From positions 48,568,229-48,632,228 of the forward strand of contig NC_068999.1 in NCBI RefSeq assembly GCF_001194135.2: DNA of 64,000 bases, read 5' to 3'. The position numbers were made by a program, and so were the translations under genes. Position 1 is the stretch's first letter; each line of letters begins with the position of its first letter. Source of the DNA: Octopus bimaculoides. Lineage: Eukaryota. This document shows positions 12,407 through 25,690 of this stretch, piece after piece. The notes under the pieces were generated by a model. That model saw only the letters and a list, made by a program, of their open reading frames with translations, did no database searches and was not told where the DNA came from.

Positions 12407-14600
12407 ACTTCTTTTCTCTCTGTCACTGACACTTTTAAACATTTTAAACCAGATTGAACTCGGATTCATTGATTCTGGAGGACACTCAACCATCCTCAGT
12501 ATATGTAAGTTCCAAATGATAAGCAATTAGAAACACTTCCACAGACAGTACACAGACTTACTAGAGAAATTCAGCCCCATCTCTGTTAGAAGTATATTCC
12601 AATGTGACTTTCTTTCTTTCTTTCCCTTCATTTATTTTCTCTCTGTCACTGACACTTTTAAATATTATGAACCAGATTGAACTCGGATTCACGGATACTA
12701 GAGGACACTCATCCATCTTCAGTATATGTAAGCTGAAAAATGATAAACAATTAGAAACTCTGCCACAGATAGTACACAGACTTACAAGAGAAATTTATAT
12801 GAGATTTGGATTAGAAAATGCTCCAAAATAATCTTGAAAAAGAGGAAATTAATTAAGAACACTTATAAAATACTGATAAAAATACAGTGATTAAAGAATT
12901 AGACCAGACACCGACTTACATATACTAAGGAATCAATAAACAAGACAGAATACAGTTAAGAGAAAACATTTGAATGAAATATTATAGGCGCATAAGATTA
13001 ATGCTTAATCTAATGGGGAAAATAGGCAGAGTTAAATACAAAAATAGGAATCAGTGCTCTGGTTGTCTCAGTTATAAATTTTAGTTATAATATTCTAAAC
13101 TGGATGCTAAATTAATTAGCAAGAAAAATTAATTTATCGTCCAATAAAAGTAAATACGATAGTATCTGCGTTTGGAATACATCCAAAATCTGAAATATAA
13201 AGATTATATTTACCATGGACACGGAGATGTAGAAGCCTTATGCAACTATAAAACTATTATAAAATACCCACAGTATGACTGAAAAAATGAGAAACTCATA
13301 AATTACAATAAAAAAAAAACTAACAAAAGTATCCACAAACCATGAAAAAAACCTTGTTTTTTACTGTCTCCGAGGAAACTGACAATTACAAAACTGAGGT
13401 TGAAGCGACAAATGATTATGAAGGGAAAAAATAACAAGAAAAAAGGGAAAAGGCTATAAACTAAGCTAAAACTGGAACTATGGAATACCATGCTAAAACG
13501 ATGGTATGAATGTCCCTTCATAGCCAGTATCTTAAAAATATAAAAGAAACTGAACAGAGTGGAAATAGGTCATGTAAGTTTGCAACTGAGGTTGACAAAC
13601 ACTGAGCTTAAACTGAGATTGAAAGATTTTTGAATGCAGCCGAAGATCAAAGCTTTCTCAACTAGAAACCACTAAAAGTATGTACTAAAACAGAATAAGT
13701 TACTTTACAATACAGTACCGGACCAATTATCCAGCAAGCTTAGGACCGGAAGTGTCCCGGATTTCTGGATTTTCCGGTTTTCTGGACACGTTGAAAATAA
13801 TGTAAAAAATAAAAAGTTAAATTGTTTTTGATAGATTCAGGTTAATACACTTCTAAAACAGGGTCTATTTGATATTTATTAATCCACTTAAAATTCATAA
13901 AATACGTATCATATATATAGACTATAATGTTTATAAGACGAACATTAAACGGAGGAAAGGAAAGTGAAGAATACGATTTTATTTGGCAGATACAGGTAGA
14001 AATGAAAACGATTCGAAAGTAGAGTATGTTTATTAATCTTCATCAGTCAATTTGAAAAAGTAAAGAACAAAATTGTTTTTAACCGTATGCAAATTAACCA
14101 ACTTCAAAATGAGGGTCTGTTTATTCAATACAGAATACAGTATATTGTATTATATTGCACAGAATTACTGAATTTCTCAATACGGAATTCTGGAATCCGG
14201 ATATGAATTCCGGTATTGTATGCAGAATGTGGGGAAAACAATCACATTGGCAATCACTGCCCAGTCCTAGTGACAGGGAGACAGGAAAATTCGTCGGGTA
14301 TTGTTTTCAGAAGAAACGAAAAAAGGGATGTGCCGCTCCATCGAAGTATCTCTCAAAGAAATAGAGAAATTATCCAAATGTAAAGAACTGGAAATAGAGG
14401 TAACCAAAAATATGGAGACTGAAAACAGAAGCAATTTTTATTAATAATACAGGCTTTGGGGCTGGTAGGGATGATTAAAAACCAAGTGGACTAATACCTA
14501 GTCAAACCTCCAGGGCTCACAATTACATACAACATACAGAAAATAGCACGGTCATTTCTACGACAAAATAATTCGTTAGTTTTAACTTCAAGTATATAGA
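12110..14600 (+). mobile_element. R4/Dong-like (RLE-type) non-LTR retrotransposon remnant: RT, CCHC knuckle and endonuclease end
   Basis: Decayed motifs in order: LNVAWIGNHKAFD (AWIDYKKAFD), IFQ-D (FQGDSLSP), HLQYM..KNDKQLE (YMDD region), RFGLE, IKELDQ, YYRRIRL, AEDQ, CRMWGK..CPVL and KELEIEV. Confidence 0.85.
13713..14218. mobile_element. Tc1/pogo-like MITE nested in the R4/Dong remnant
   Basis: TA-flanked ends: TACAGTACCGGACCAATTATCCAG versus CCGGATATGAATTCCGGTATTGTA (17/24 inverted match); LINE homology resumes on both sides. Confidence 0.6.
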
Positions 14601-15495
14601 TGTTACATACTTTGACTCTACGGAGAAATGAAAGACATGAAAAACTCTGGTAGCATTCGAACACAGAACTTGGGAACTAAGTACTGTTAGGTATTTAGTC
14701 TGGTTCCATACTGTTTTCTGTTATTCCCCTCCCTCCTTTGATATTCATAAAGGCTATCATTCGACCCAAATTTGACTATATCTGAAGAAATTTTCATTTT
14801 TTTTTTTAAACGACAGATTTCTCTAAAGGCTGGTATAAGGCAATTAATTCACGTACATCGAAACATGACCACGCGATATACACTCACACACATATATAGA
14901 CGCGCATACATATACACACATGCGCACATACTTACGCATACACTTATCTATTTACGTCATTGTCCATCTATCTTTGTTTGAAATAGGTTGATGCTGTCTG
15001 ATTGTCAAACCTGTTCGTCTGGATGTTTTGTCTGTTTCTCTTTCACTCAGTCTTTACTTCGTCTTCTTACGCATGCGCAATCTTTCTTATTCTTTAGAAC
15101 AACATATTCGTCCATTTTAACATAAGTACCAGATTTACTTTGGCGTAAGAAGAATTGTTCTTGACCAACCGCAGTCCATTATCAATCAGACGCGGCATAA
15201 TGACAACTGGTTGGCGTTCAGTTCAAGTAAAAATCTCTATTAACAATAACAATTCGCCATTATATGTGATGAAACATGCATATTGTTATTTTTTTAATTA
15301 ATTCGTCAACAGCGAAAGGTAGAACTGTTTCGAATATATCTTTGTGCAAGGAATATGAATCGCTGAATAGTATTTAACTCCATTGCAATTAAAAATCGCG
15401 GTAACAAGCCAAGAAATTATATAAGCTCATACAAAGATATAACTATGAGTGAAGGATAACCCAACGACCTGATAAATACACTTCATACATTAAAG

Positions 15496-15790
15496 CAATG
15501 GTTCTCACTCGGGATCCGTGTGACACCTGAGGGTCTATATAAGATTTTGTGGGGTCCATGCAAATATATATTTTAGATGTATGTATTGGCGTGTATTGCC
15601 GGAAACAGCTAGGTTTCTTTCTCTATCATTTTACACAGTTCACGTTAATGTGTGAAAAGCAAAATAGGAATTTTGAAAGAAGTTTCTATAAAACTAGTTT
15701 ATGGGCATCGTAGGGCTATGGGGGTCCACCAGAACAAAACGATAATCAAAGGGATCCATAGATAAAAAAAAAATTGGTTGAAAACCCCTG
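15496..15790. mobile_element. hAT (Charlie/MER5-like) MITE
   Basis: Termini CAATGGTTCTCAC and GGTTGAAAACCCCTG; 8-bp flanks CATTAAAG/CATTGAAA (6/8). Confidence 0.7.
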
Positions 15791-16324
15791 CATTGAAATA
15801 TATTTAATGTTTCTCTGTATAAGTTTGGTGTAAAACCTCATTAGCAAAGAATCACGTTCACTGCCAAAATACCAGAAAACAACTTCCAGACAAAAAAACA
15901 CAGGGGAAAAAGCGATGAGNNNNNNNNNNNNNNNNNNNNNNNNNNNNNNNNNNNNNNNNNNNNNNNNNNNNNNNNNNNNNNNNNNNNNNNNNNNNNNNNN
16001 NNNNNNNNNNNNNNNNNNNNNNNNNNNNNNNNNNNNNNNNNNNNNNNNNNNNNNNNNNNNNNNNNNNNNNNNNNNNNNNNNNNNNNNNNNNNNNNATTTG
16101 AAACGGTCCACTGACGAAATCTTTCAATATACATGTGGAAAAAAAAACAGAAAGAAAAGGAAACTTTTTAAGTTATAAGAATAAAACAACTATTTAATAT
16201 GTTTCATACCTATGAAAGACATACATACATACGCATATATATATATATATATATATACACACTCGTTTATGTACTTGTTTTTAATTGGCAAAATATGACC
16301 ATCCGCAAATATAATACACACACA

Positions 16325-16455
16325 CACGACGGCCATCTTTCACTTTTCGTCAACCAAATCCACTCACAAGGCTTTGGTCGACCCGATGCTATAATAGAAG
16401 AAGACACTCGGCCAGGCTGCCAAACTGTGGGATTGAACTCAGAATCATGTGGTAA
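16325..16455 (-). mobile_element. SINE family B, 5' half, degenerate
   Basis: CCAAATCCACTCACAAGGCTTTGGTCGACCC matches the B reverse complement. Confidence 0.75.
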
Positions 16456-17801
16456 GGAAGGTGAATTTCTTAAAAGACCAGCTCTTGGGAAAGATCGATC
16501 CGGTTCAAAGAGTAAGTCTATGGAATTAGAGGCCAAATTATATTAGGGCTGGTAAACAAAATTACCTCTAATTTTTATATTATAGATGTGGGCAGAAATT
16601 TGGTTGTGTCCAAATTTTGGCATTTTTTGAAAATTATGTGTACATCAATGGAAGGAATCTTCTGTTTCAAAAAATTCCATTTTAGTCTCGGAAACTTTTT
16701 ATGCGCATATTTTTATTCTTTGTGCGATAGTCGTAAAATATGTGTGGGCGTGCACAAGCGCACAAGCTTTGCAAGAACATCGGCGAGAAGCATCAATGTT
16801 CACCACCTCTAATATATGCTACTGTTACTGTTTAGCCCCAGGTCAAGGTTAATACAGTAGATCTATGATCAAAGATTCTCCGGGCGAACTTTATGTGTGT
16901 CTTGAAGTATATTTTCTAATGTGTCATCTCTTATGGTGTGTGTGTGTGTGTGTGTAATACGTTTATGCCTTTGAATTACAAGGGAATTAGGCTGCTATTT
17001 CTAGCAGGTCGTGTAGATGTTCCCTTGTTGGCTCAGGTTAAAAAATATCTCGAGTAACTGTGCTTGGTAGAGCCTAAGACACTGGAAGCCATACCTCTTA
17101 CTTCCTCCCAATTGTCATGCGCGTACAGTGTTGGCGGTGGAGTTCATTCATCAGTTATTGTATTTATTAAAATTGTTATTATTGAGAATTGCTGATAGGG
17201 AAATACACCAAGGGACATCTACTGTACTATTTTCAAACCGTGTCTATTTGGAATAAATTTTTAAGACAGTGATAAGGGCTATCTCTGTTGTCCTATTGTT
17301 TGTGACAACATTAAACACTTCGTACAGTTATGTAAATAAAATATAACAGAATTAGAAAATTTATCAGCCTCTTACCTTCAGGAAGTAGACACTTAAAGAT
17401 GTTAATAACTGACTGTCAGTCATACGTGTTATTTTGTAAGTAGATCTTTCAAATGTTTATTTTTCGGTCACTCGTAATTTTCATCTCTGCGATTTATAGA
17501 AAAAGAAAGGGGAGGGAAGGAATTCGTCGTCTCTTCTCTTGCGAAGAAATCATCACTTTTCTAATGACGAGCAAATTTAATAGATTTTTGGAAAATATAT
17601 AATTAATTAAAATATATATATTTATATAGACTGAACGGTTTCTTAATTTATTTAGATGTGTCATTGTAAATATATATATATATATATTTAAATCGTTCTA
17701 TCGTCTGCGATAATGCTGCAATGCTGGCCACTTTCTAATTAAGCATTTAAACATTGAAACCGTATGCGTTATAATTTGTAATTAGAACATATAAATATGA
17801 T

Positions 17802-18093
17802 GGACTCTCCCTTCGAAGATGACGTATGAGCTTTCAGCTTTTGCCAAAAGACCTGCACAAATGATTTGTTTATGGGGATCAAATATAAGGGCCGCACATT
17901 AGCTCACGCTCTTCATCAAATCGATGTTACCTGAACAGGTGTACTGTGCATCAGGTGTCGAAGTGATCGTAGAGCAACGTGAGATGGATGTGTTTTGCTC
18001 AAGAACACAGCGCACCAACTGCTTGTCGAAGGAATTGAAACCACGATCTAGCGATCATGAGTGCAACACCCTAAACACTAAACTATGAGCCCT
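17802..18093 (-). mobile_element. SINE family C (tRNA head + CORE-like)
   Basis: Reverse complement aligns along its length with the plus copy at 33094-33375. Confidence 0.8.
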
Positions 18094-18338
18094 CACTATG
18101 TGTGTGTGTGTATATTCGTATGTGTATATGTATGTATGTATGTATAACCTTGTCGCAAAACGGTAGAAGTGCATAGAGTCTAATGTATCATGCTCACATA
18201 TAAGCATATATATATATATATCTCACACGCACACACACACACACATATATATCACATACATATATAGAGAGATTTGCATGCATGTATAATATTTATATAG
18301 ATACATGTGTGCGTATGCGCGCGCTATACATTATATAC

Positions 18339-18409
<71 letters not shown>

Positions 18410-19679
18410 CATACATACAACATACATATATGTATATAACGATATATAAGGAAGTTGTGTGGGTGTGAATGTGTAGGTGTGTGTATATGGGTTTGGGTGT
18501 GTGGGTTTGAATGCAAGCATAATACAAGCAAGATGGTGTACAACTGTATATGATATACGACTATCAACCCATAGGTCTTCTGGTTGTTGTTTATAACAGA
18601 TCCAGGTCAACCGCGTTTACGTAGGTTTACGCTTAAACACGTTCTAACCGTGACCATCCTGTCTTTTCTTTTAAGAATATTTAGGACTACATTATTTAAT
18701 GCGCTCTATCCTTGATTAAGATGTTATACTGTGATTGAGGGATACTTGGCTGCCGTTTCTAGCAGACGGGTCAACCCACCGTATAGAGAATTCCTCGTTA
18801 GCTCGCGAGTAATGAGTTCAAGTCCAACTGGAGTGTTTCGCTGATTGTAGTATTTTACCAATGTGTGTGTTTGTTTGTGTGTGTGTGTGTGTGTGTGTAG
18901 GCTACAATTCATTTAGCTCACTAGAACGGTTATCAGATCTTGTGGGGAGTCTATCCGAGACAAAACTGTTGTCCTCTCTCAGGGGACATGTATCAGTCAG
19001 TCACTTAACACTTGCAAGGCGAGGACAAAGCCATGATCTTTTAAAGGCTTAGGAGACATATTTCATTTTACATGCATATATTGATCGATTGATTGAGAGA
19101 TTGATCGATTGATTGGCTGATCGACTGATTGATTGATTGCGTGAGTGATGGATGGATGGACATTAATGTAACGAAATAACTGGCTAGATGGATGGTTAGA
19201 TAGGTGGGTTGATGGATAGATGAAAGAGTAGTTGGATATTTGGTTAAATGGATTGATGGATCGATGAATGAATGAATGAATGGATGAATGGATGGATGGA
19301 TCGTTAGATAGATGAGCAAAGATTCAACAAAAGAAACCCAAGTTGATCTCTCAAACCAAGAATAATAGCAGTCAAATTTCCCTCACATATATCATACTAT
19401 ACCATTATAATAAAACAGGAAGGACAAGCAAGCGTGACCCCCACCCTATAAAAGACAGGACAGTCGTGACTGGAACTCTTTGCGGTTAAACAATAACAAC
19501 AAACAACAAAAAACAACAAAGACACAAACGAACGAAAATACAAAGAGCCTTAGTAACATACAAGCACAGCCTGGGCTCGATGGGCCGCCAAATTTTTCTT
19601 GATAATAAAATCAGACATCGTGTGGCCTTTGAGGTTGTTAATCAAACTCAGAGAACACACATCACATGAATTATGTATA

Positions 19680-20110
19680 GATAATGGTACGAGATGGGTG
19701 TCCTATCTGACTGTGTTGATAGGATGCTAGTGTGTCAACCGGTCGAGTAGTCCATATTGCATGTTTTTGATATAGCCACGGCGCTGTGTGCCCGGCAACA
19801 GACACTTGATTTACTCGCAACGACACAAAAACTATCCATGTGGACGTTTCGGCTGCTAGAAATACCAGGCAAATCTCTTCCAAACCACTTCATAGCGTCT
19901 TTCAACATAGGGACCGCTGGCAAATGTGTCTCTAGATATACGTGTTGTCCGAGATACAAATGAACATCAGGATGGTCGCGATTGAAACACCGGAACGCCA
20001 GAATGCTGGAATGCTGAAATACGGTCCATTTAGTTTGAATGCTAATCGAGGCGTGACTGGATGAAGGACACCACAAACTATTGAATCTTCCGTTAAAGTA
20101 GAGTTTCTCA
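19680..20110 (-). mobile_element. RTE-like LINE ORF2 C-terminal remnant
   Basis: Translations QTKWT and PMLKDAMKWFGRDL resemble the RTE motifs QLRWxGHV and PxLRxKDxxKRDL. Confidence 0.5.
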
Positions 20111-20203
20111 ACCATGTTTTACCTATGGAACCCTTCGGTTCCTATTTTACCCTACTCGTTCCCATAAACGCTTGATATTTGTTTAAAAAAAAGTCCCATT
20201 ATT

Positions 20204-20597
20204 ACAGGAGTGGTTGTGTGGTAAGTAGCTTGCTTACCAACCACATGGTTCCGGGTTCAGTCTCATTGCGTGGCATCTTGGGTAAGTGTCTTCTACTATA
20301 GCCTCGGGCCGACCAAAGCCCTTGTGATGGATTTGGTAGACGGAAACTGAAAGAAGCCCATCGTATATATATATATATATATATACGTATGCGTGTGTAT
20401 AAGTTTATGTGTCTGTGTTTGTCCTCCTAACATTGCTTGACAACCGATGCTGGTGTGTTTATGTCCCCGTAAGATAGCGGTTCGGCAAAAGAAACAGAGA
20501 GAATAAGTACTAGGCTTGCAAAGGATAAGCCCTGGGGTCGATTTGCTCGACTAAAGGCAGCGTTCCAGTATGGCCGCAGTCAAGTAAAAGAATAAAA
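20204..20597 (+). mobile_element. SINE family B, full length
   Basis: tRNA-like head, CORE-like GCATCTTGGGTAAGTGTCTT, internal (TA)n, and 3' GGGGTCGATTTGCTCGAC...CAGTATGGCCGCAGTC. Confidence 0.92.
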
Positions 20598-20601
20598 ATA
20601 T

Positions 20602-20806
20602 TGACTTCGAATTTTGGCACAAGGCCAGAGAAGTGGGTAAGTCCATTGCATCCATCCACAGTACGCAACTGGTACTTATTTCATCGAACCTGAAAGGACG
20701 AAAAAGAAAGTCGACCTCGGCGAAATTTGAACTCAGAACGTAAAGATGGACGAAATACCATCAAGCCTTTTGCACAGCGTGCTAACGACTCTGCCAGCTT
20801 GTCACC
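20602..20806 (-). mobile_element. SINE family A
   Basis: Reverse complement of the A consensus with B box. Confidence 0.85.
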
Positions 20807-21874
20807 TTATTTTGGTAATTACATATTATTAGGAACTGTATGAAAAAATGAAAGGTTGAAATATCTTGCGTGTTGTAGAAGTATAACCAATTTATTGCAG
20901 ATAAAATTTTAAGAACGAGATTTTATGTGGAATCTAAAGGGTCACGTGGAACACGAAAGGTCATGTGGAACACGAAGGGTCATGTGAACTCCGTTTGAGA
21001 ACCACTTTGTTAATGAATGATAATCAGGGGAACAAATTGACTGTTGATGGTCAACATCGAGACGAATCGGTTGGATACATATGAACTGTTGTGTTTGTTT
21101 GTGTGTGTGTGTGTGTTTGCGTACGTGTGTGCGTGTGTACATTTTCTCATACCTTAGAAAAGAAAGAAGCATTTAGCGTGTGGTCAGCGATCAAACTTTA
21201 TACATACATACAAACATACATGAATACATAGATATTTTATTTGTATATGTGCACACACACACACGCACACACACACATGCATATTTATATACATACTCAG
21301 ACACGCATACAAACATAGACATACGCGTGAGTAGATGTGTTCACGTGCATACGCATATGTGTCTGTGCATAATCGAACTTAGACAAAGAATAAAAAGGCC
21401 AGAGAAGCTGTCCAGCAGTTAAAAATAGACGTTAACAACAACAACAGCAACACACATACATTCAATATAATCTATGTCAAACTTAGTGGGACTAATATGT
21501 TCCAGTTGTTCTTCTTGATGTCCTATAGATGTTCCAACACGTCGTCCCACAGATAAAGAATTCATGGAACGCGTCATTAAACGCAACGCGTCATTTTGGT
21601 CGATCCTCAAATGATATGGTGGCACCATAAACGCACGAGCGTGTTAGATGCAACCCCGATTTCAGCAGCGTACATTCAGAAAAAATAAGTTTTGAACACA
21701 TTAGACCTTTCACTACAAAATTAAATTTTATGCTTATTCCAGTAATGATTTTAAATATTTACAAAAAAGAAAAGAAAAAAAAAGGGTATTTTCTGCAAGT
21801 CACGTTGCCCCCAATAAATTTGACATGTCTCAGCGGAAAATAATTTCAAACGTGACATTACTCAACAAAAAATA

Positions 21875-22088
21875 GATTTCAAATTTTGACACAAGACCAG
21901 CAATTTCGAGGAGAGTGTTTAAGTAGATAACATCGACCCTGGTGTTCAACTGGTATTTATTTTATCGACTCCGAAAGGGATGAAAGGTGAAGTCGACCTC
22001 GGCGGACTTTGAACTCAAAACGTAAAGACTGGCAAAATACCAGTAAGCATTCTGCTCAGCGTACTAACAATTCTGCCAGCTTTCTGCC
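21875..22088 (-). mobile_element. SINE family A
   Basis: Reverse complement of the A consensus. Confidence 0.85.
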
Positions 22089-22579
22089 TTATCCTCATCA
22101 AAGATAGATTGGTGATTAAAACTGCTTTTCACAGTTAAGGGTAATGGAATTTTGGATTATTTTATCTAATTTCCGAAGTAAAAGGGCAAAGCTTGTACTA
22201 TTGGACCAACTTCGCATATAGGGTCTGGGGTAATGTTTTGAGACATTGGGGTGAAGGAATATGTCTTATATGCCATTTAAGATGGTAGTTATTGGTGAAT
22301 TGGTAGGTTCGTTAGGGTACTCTACGTTCTGAGCTTAAACCCTACCGAGATCATCACCTTTTGTTTTTCTTTCTTTCTGAGGTCCAAGAAATAAATTACC
22401 GGTTTAATAATATGCGGTCGATATAAAGGAATGGTGTCTGCACAAGCTGAGGTTTTGTTCCTATGTTAGAAATCAGTTATTGGTGCACTAATCGAACTAT
22501 GATCGAAGTAAAAGAACAGAGTGCAACAGGCAGCGATAGGCGACGACCAGAAAGATCTACATATCTATCTATATAGCTA

Positions 22580-22690
<111 letters not shown>

Positions 22691-22859
22691 AAGTATGATA
22701 AACACAAGATGTGGTTTATAAACTCACCAGTTACAGATATACATGTAACTATACAAAAGAATATGTGTGTATAAAGAGAGAAGGGGTGGGAGGCAAGGAG
22801 GGAAAGAGAAGAGGGAGCAAGTGAGACAGACAGACAGATAGACAAACAGACAGACAGAC

Positions 22860-22919
<60 letters not shown>

Positions 22920-23292
22920 GTTGATATGGATGCAGAATGTGTGTGTGTACCGGAAGAAAGAGGGGGAGAGAGAGAAATAGACGAAAATGAAGGGAAGCGA
23001 ATTAGAGAAAATCCGAAAAGATCACGAGTAAGACAGAAGAGAAGAAAATAAACCAATGACCAACGGAGTTGGCCAAAAGAAAAGCAACTGAGAAGCAGAA
23101 ACCAAACAATTTTAACTTCTCTTGAAGATGGATATCCCCGTCTTCCCTTCATTAGGATAAATTGCAGCTAAACACTCTTTGATAAATACCTCTAATTAGG
23201 AAGTGCCTGGTAAATAATTAATTTTACTAATTTGTCATACTTGAATGAGATAAATGAAATATTGCAACAGAAATCAGACGAGTGTTAGACAT

Positions 23293-23307
23293 CCGGAAGT
23301 GACGTCA
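23293..23307 (+). promoter_or_regulatory. Overlapping ETS-CRE composite motif
   Basis: Exact CCGGAAGTGACGTCA in unique sequence. Confidence 0.55.
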
Positions 23308-24389
23308 AAAGAACTAAGCACAAACTACCACAATGGTCTTACACAAGACATTAACGAGTCACTGACGGATCCTCTAGGTGGTCATATGACCTGCTAGAAA
23401 TGTCAACCAGCTTGCTTCAAATTAGACCCGCTACCATCTTGAAGCTGGAAGGACGCAACGTTGGTCTTGATTTGCAAAAAGACTGGATGACCAAAGTTGG
23501 AATGATCTGGATCATAGGTCAGCTCGATTTGTGATGATTCGGGGCTAAATAGTCAACTAATACAAGAAGAGACGTCATCAGAGTGCGGGATGAATATTTA
23601 TTTATTTATTTATTCGTCTATTTTATTTTATTTTATTTTTTATAAGACAAGTGTGTAGACGACAGTGAGTGATGTCCCAAAATAACCTGTGATAGAATGG
23701 TCTGGAACCACGTATCTTCCTCTGGGCCCTCAAACACGTTTCCCACCTACATGATTCTTGCAATTCCTGTTGTACTGAGTATATATGTGTATTGGGGTGG
23801 GTGAGTGTTGTGTGTGTGTGTGTGTGTGTGTGCACGCGCGCGCGTCTTAGAGTTCCAAGTGCTGAAACATTTTTCAACAAAGGGGAGAGAATTTCAATGC
23901 AACCATTCGACCAGCTAAAAACGGCAGTCAAATCTTCATCAAATCACCTACTCTACCGGCTAGAATACTTTAGATCATGTGGTTTTGGAAGAGCACTGGG
24001 CCTGGGGAAAAGGCGTTGTGGTCAGAACTGGACTGCCTTTCAATATAAACCTGCCTGATCCTAATGAGGGCAAAACAACAATAACGTTGTTAAGAATGAC
24101 AAGCTATGTATGTGTGCGCATATATATGTCTATATACAAGTAAGTACATAATTGCAAAACAAGGTGGAAAAAAATAGTACTCAGATACTAAAGGTAGAGT
24201 AATATGCTTTTTATTAAAGCCGAAAAAAATCTTCACGAGCGGTAATGTGAAACTCTGAGTAACAGTTCGAGAAGATTTTGGGGGCTTTAAAAAAGGTGTG
24301 TAATGTAAGGACCCAGAACTGAATAACATGCAAGGTATTTATTTCGTCAGCCCACCTCCAACGATTCTGCCAATCAACTGTATAATTGT

Positions 24390-24810
24390 TTTTTGAATTT
24401 GCTCACTGTCAGCGGTTTTGAGGGAGATTAAGTCAATTACATCAACTCCAGTGCTCAACTGGTACTTACTTTATCGACCCCAGAACGATAAAAGGCAAAG
24501 TCGACCGCGATGGAATTTGAACTGAGAGCGTAAAGATCCAGGACTAAATACCACAAGGTATTTTGCTAGCCGCTTTAGCGATTCCACAAATCTTTTCTAC
24601 TCTACGCACAAGGCCTGAAATTTTGGGTGAGTTGGAGTGGGGGAAGTCGATTAGATCGACCCCAGTACGCAAATGGTACTTAATTTATCGACCCCGAAAG
24701 GATGAAAGGTAAAGTCGACCTCGATGAAATTTGAACCCAAAGCATAAAGATCCAGAACTAAATACCGCAAGGTATTTTATCAGCCGCTTTAGCGATTCCA
24801 CAAATCTACT
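24390..24810 (-). mobile_element. Two tandem SINE family A copies sharing a variant head
   Basis: Both end in AAGGTATTTT..AGCCGCTTTAGCGATTCCACAAATCT. Confidence 0.8.
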
Positions 24811-25690
24811 GAATTAATAATATAAATTCACCAAAACGAACATGTATATCAAAAAAGAAAAAAAACATGTTTTCTTTTAAATGCATAACACAACTGTTCT
24901 CTAGTTTTTTTTTCATCTTTATCTTATCAAAGCGTTCTCATATTTCCTTATTAATCGTTTATATTTTGTTTGGAACAATAAAATTCCAAGTTCGATCGAC
25001 GTCTCCAGACCACCTCGGCCATCTTCTCTACACGAAGTGGTTTTTAATGGTATTGGCTATTGCCGTTTTATAACAGGCGAGGATCATGGGAATAACGTTG
25101 TATTAATGATTATGTCGTTATCGCTCCATTTACTGCTTTATTTTGTCTTTTTTTTACGGTTTTTATTTATGTATTTTTTATTAACATCAGGTTTCTTTCA
25201 GCAATCAGGAAATAGTTTGACCATGGTGACTGGTTCCAGTTTCCGCTAACGCTCACTATCTAATATTAAGTTTTGCATCGCATCATGGAAGCTATTAATA
25301 TAGTCTTCCATGTTCGACCGTCTAGCCTATTGCAGGGGTGAGGGGGGGGGGAGTCCGCACAAGACAACTCTGTCATCAAACAACGTTCCACCGCCAAGTT
25401 TTGCTCTGTTTTGTACAATGTGTAACATTGCAATGGCTCCCTGCCGCAAACACCTCATTAACCGATAAGCTAGTGTGGTGCCTGTACTCCTAATACAACG
25501 CTGAAGAGTCATGAGACTCGCAGCCTTAATGTTTGCATATGAAGACTAAATTGTATCATCCGTTTCATTAGAGAGTTTTTAGCTTTTCCATTTATATTAT
25601 ATCCTGCCACTCCCCCGCTTCCTCATTCTGCAACTAATTTTAATGCAGGCTACATTCGATTCATGGCGTTATTATTTTTGTTATTAGTTA

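Noticed and set aside
16545-16805. Possible mariner 5' end
   Set aside because: Only a vague peptide resemblance and no matching second TIR.
22724-23152. 142-aa minus ORF with a hydrophobic start just downstream of the ETS-CRE motif
   Set aside because: The hydrophobicity follows from T-rich sequence, the frame runs into (CTAT)n, and there is no strong donor or homology.
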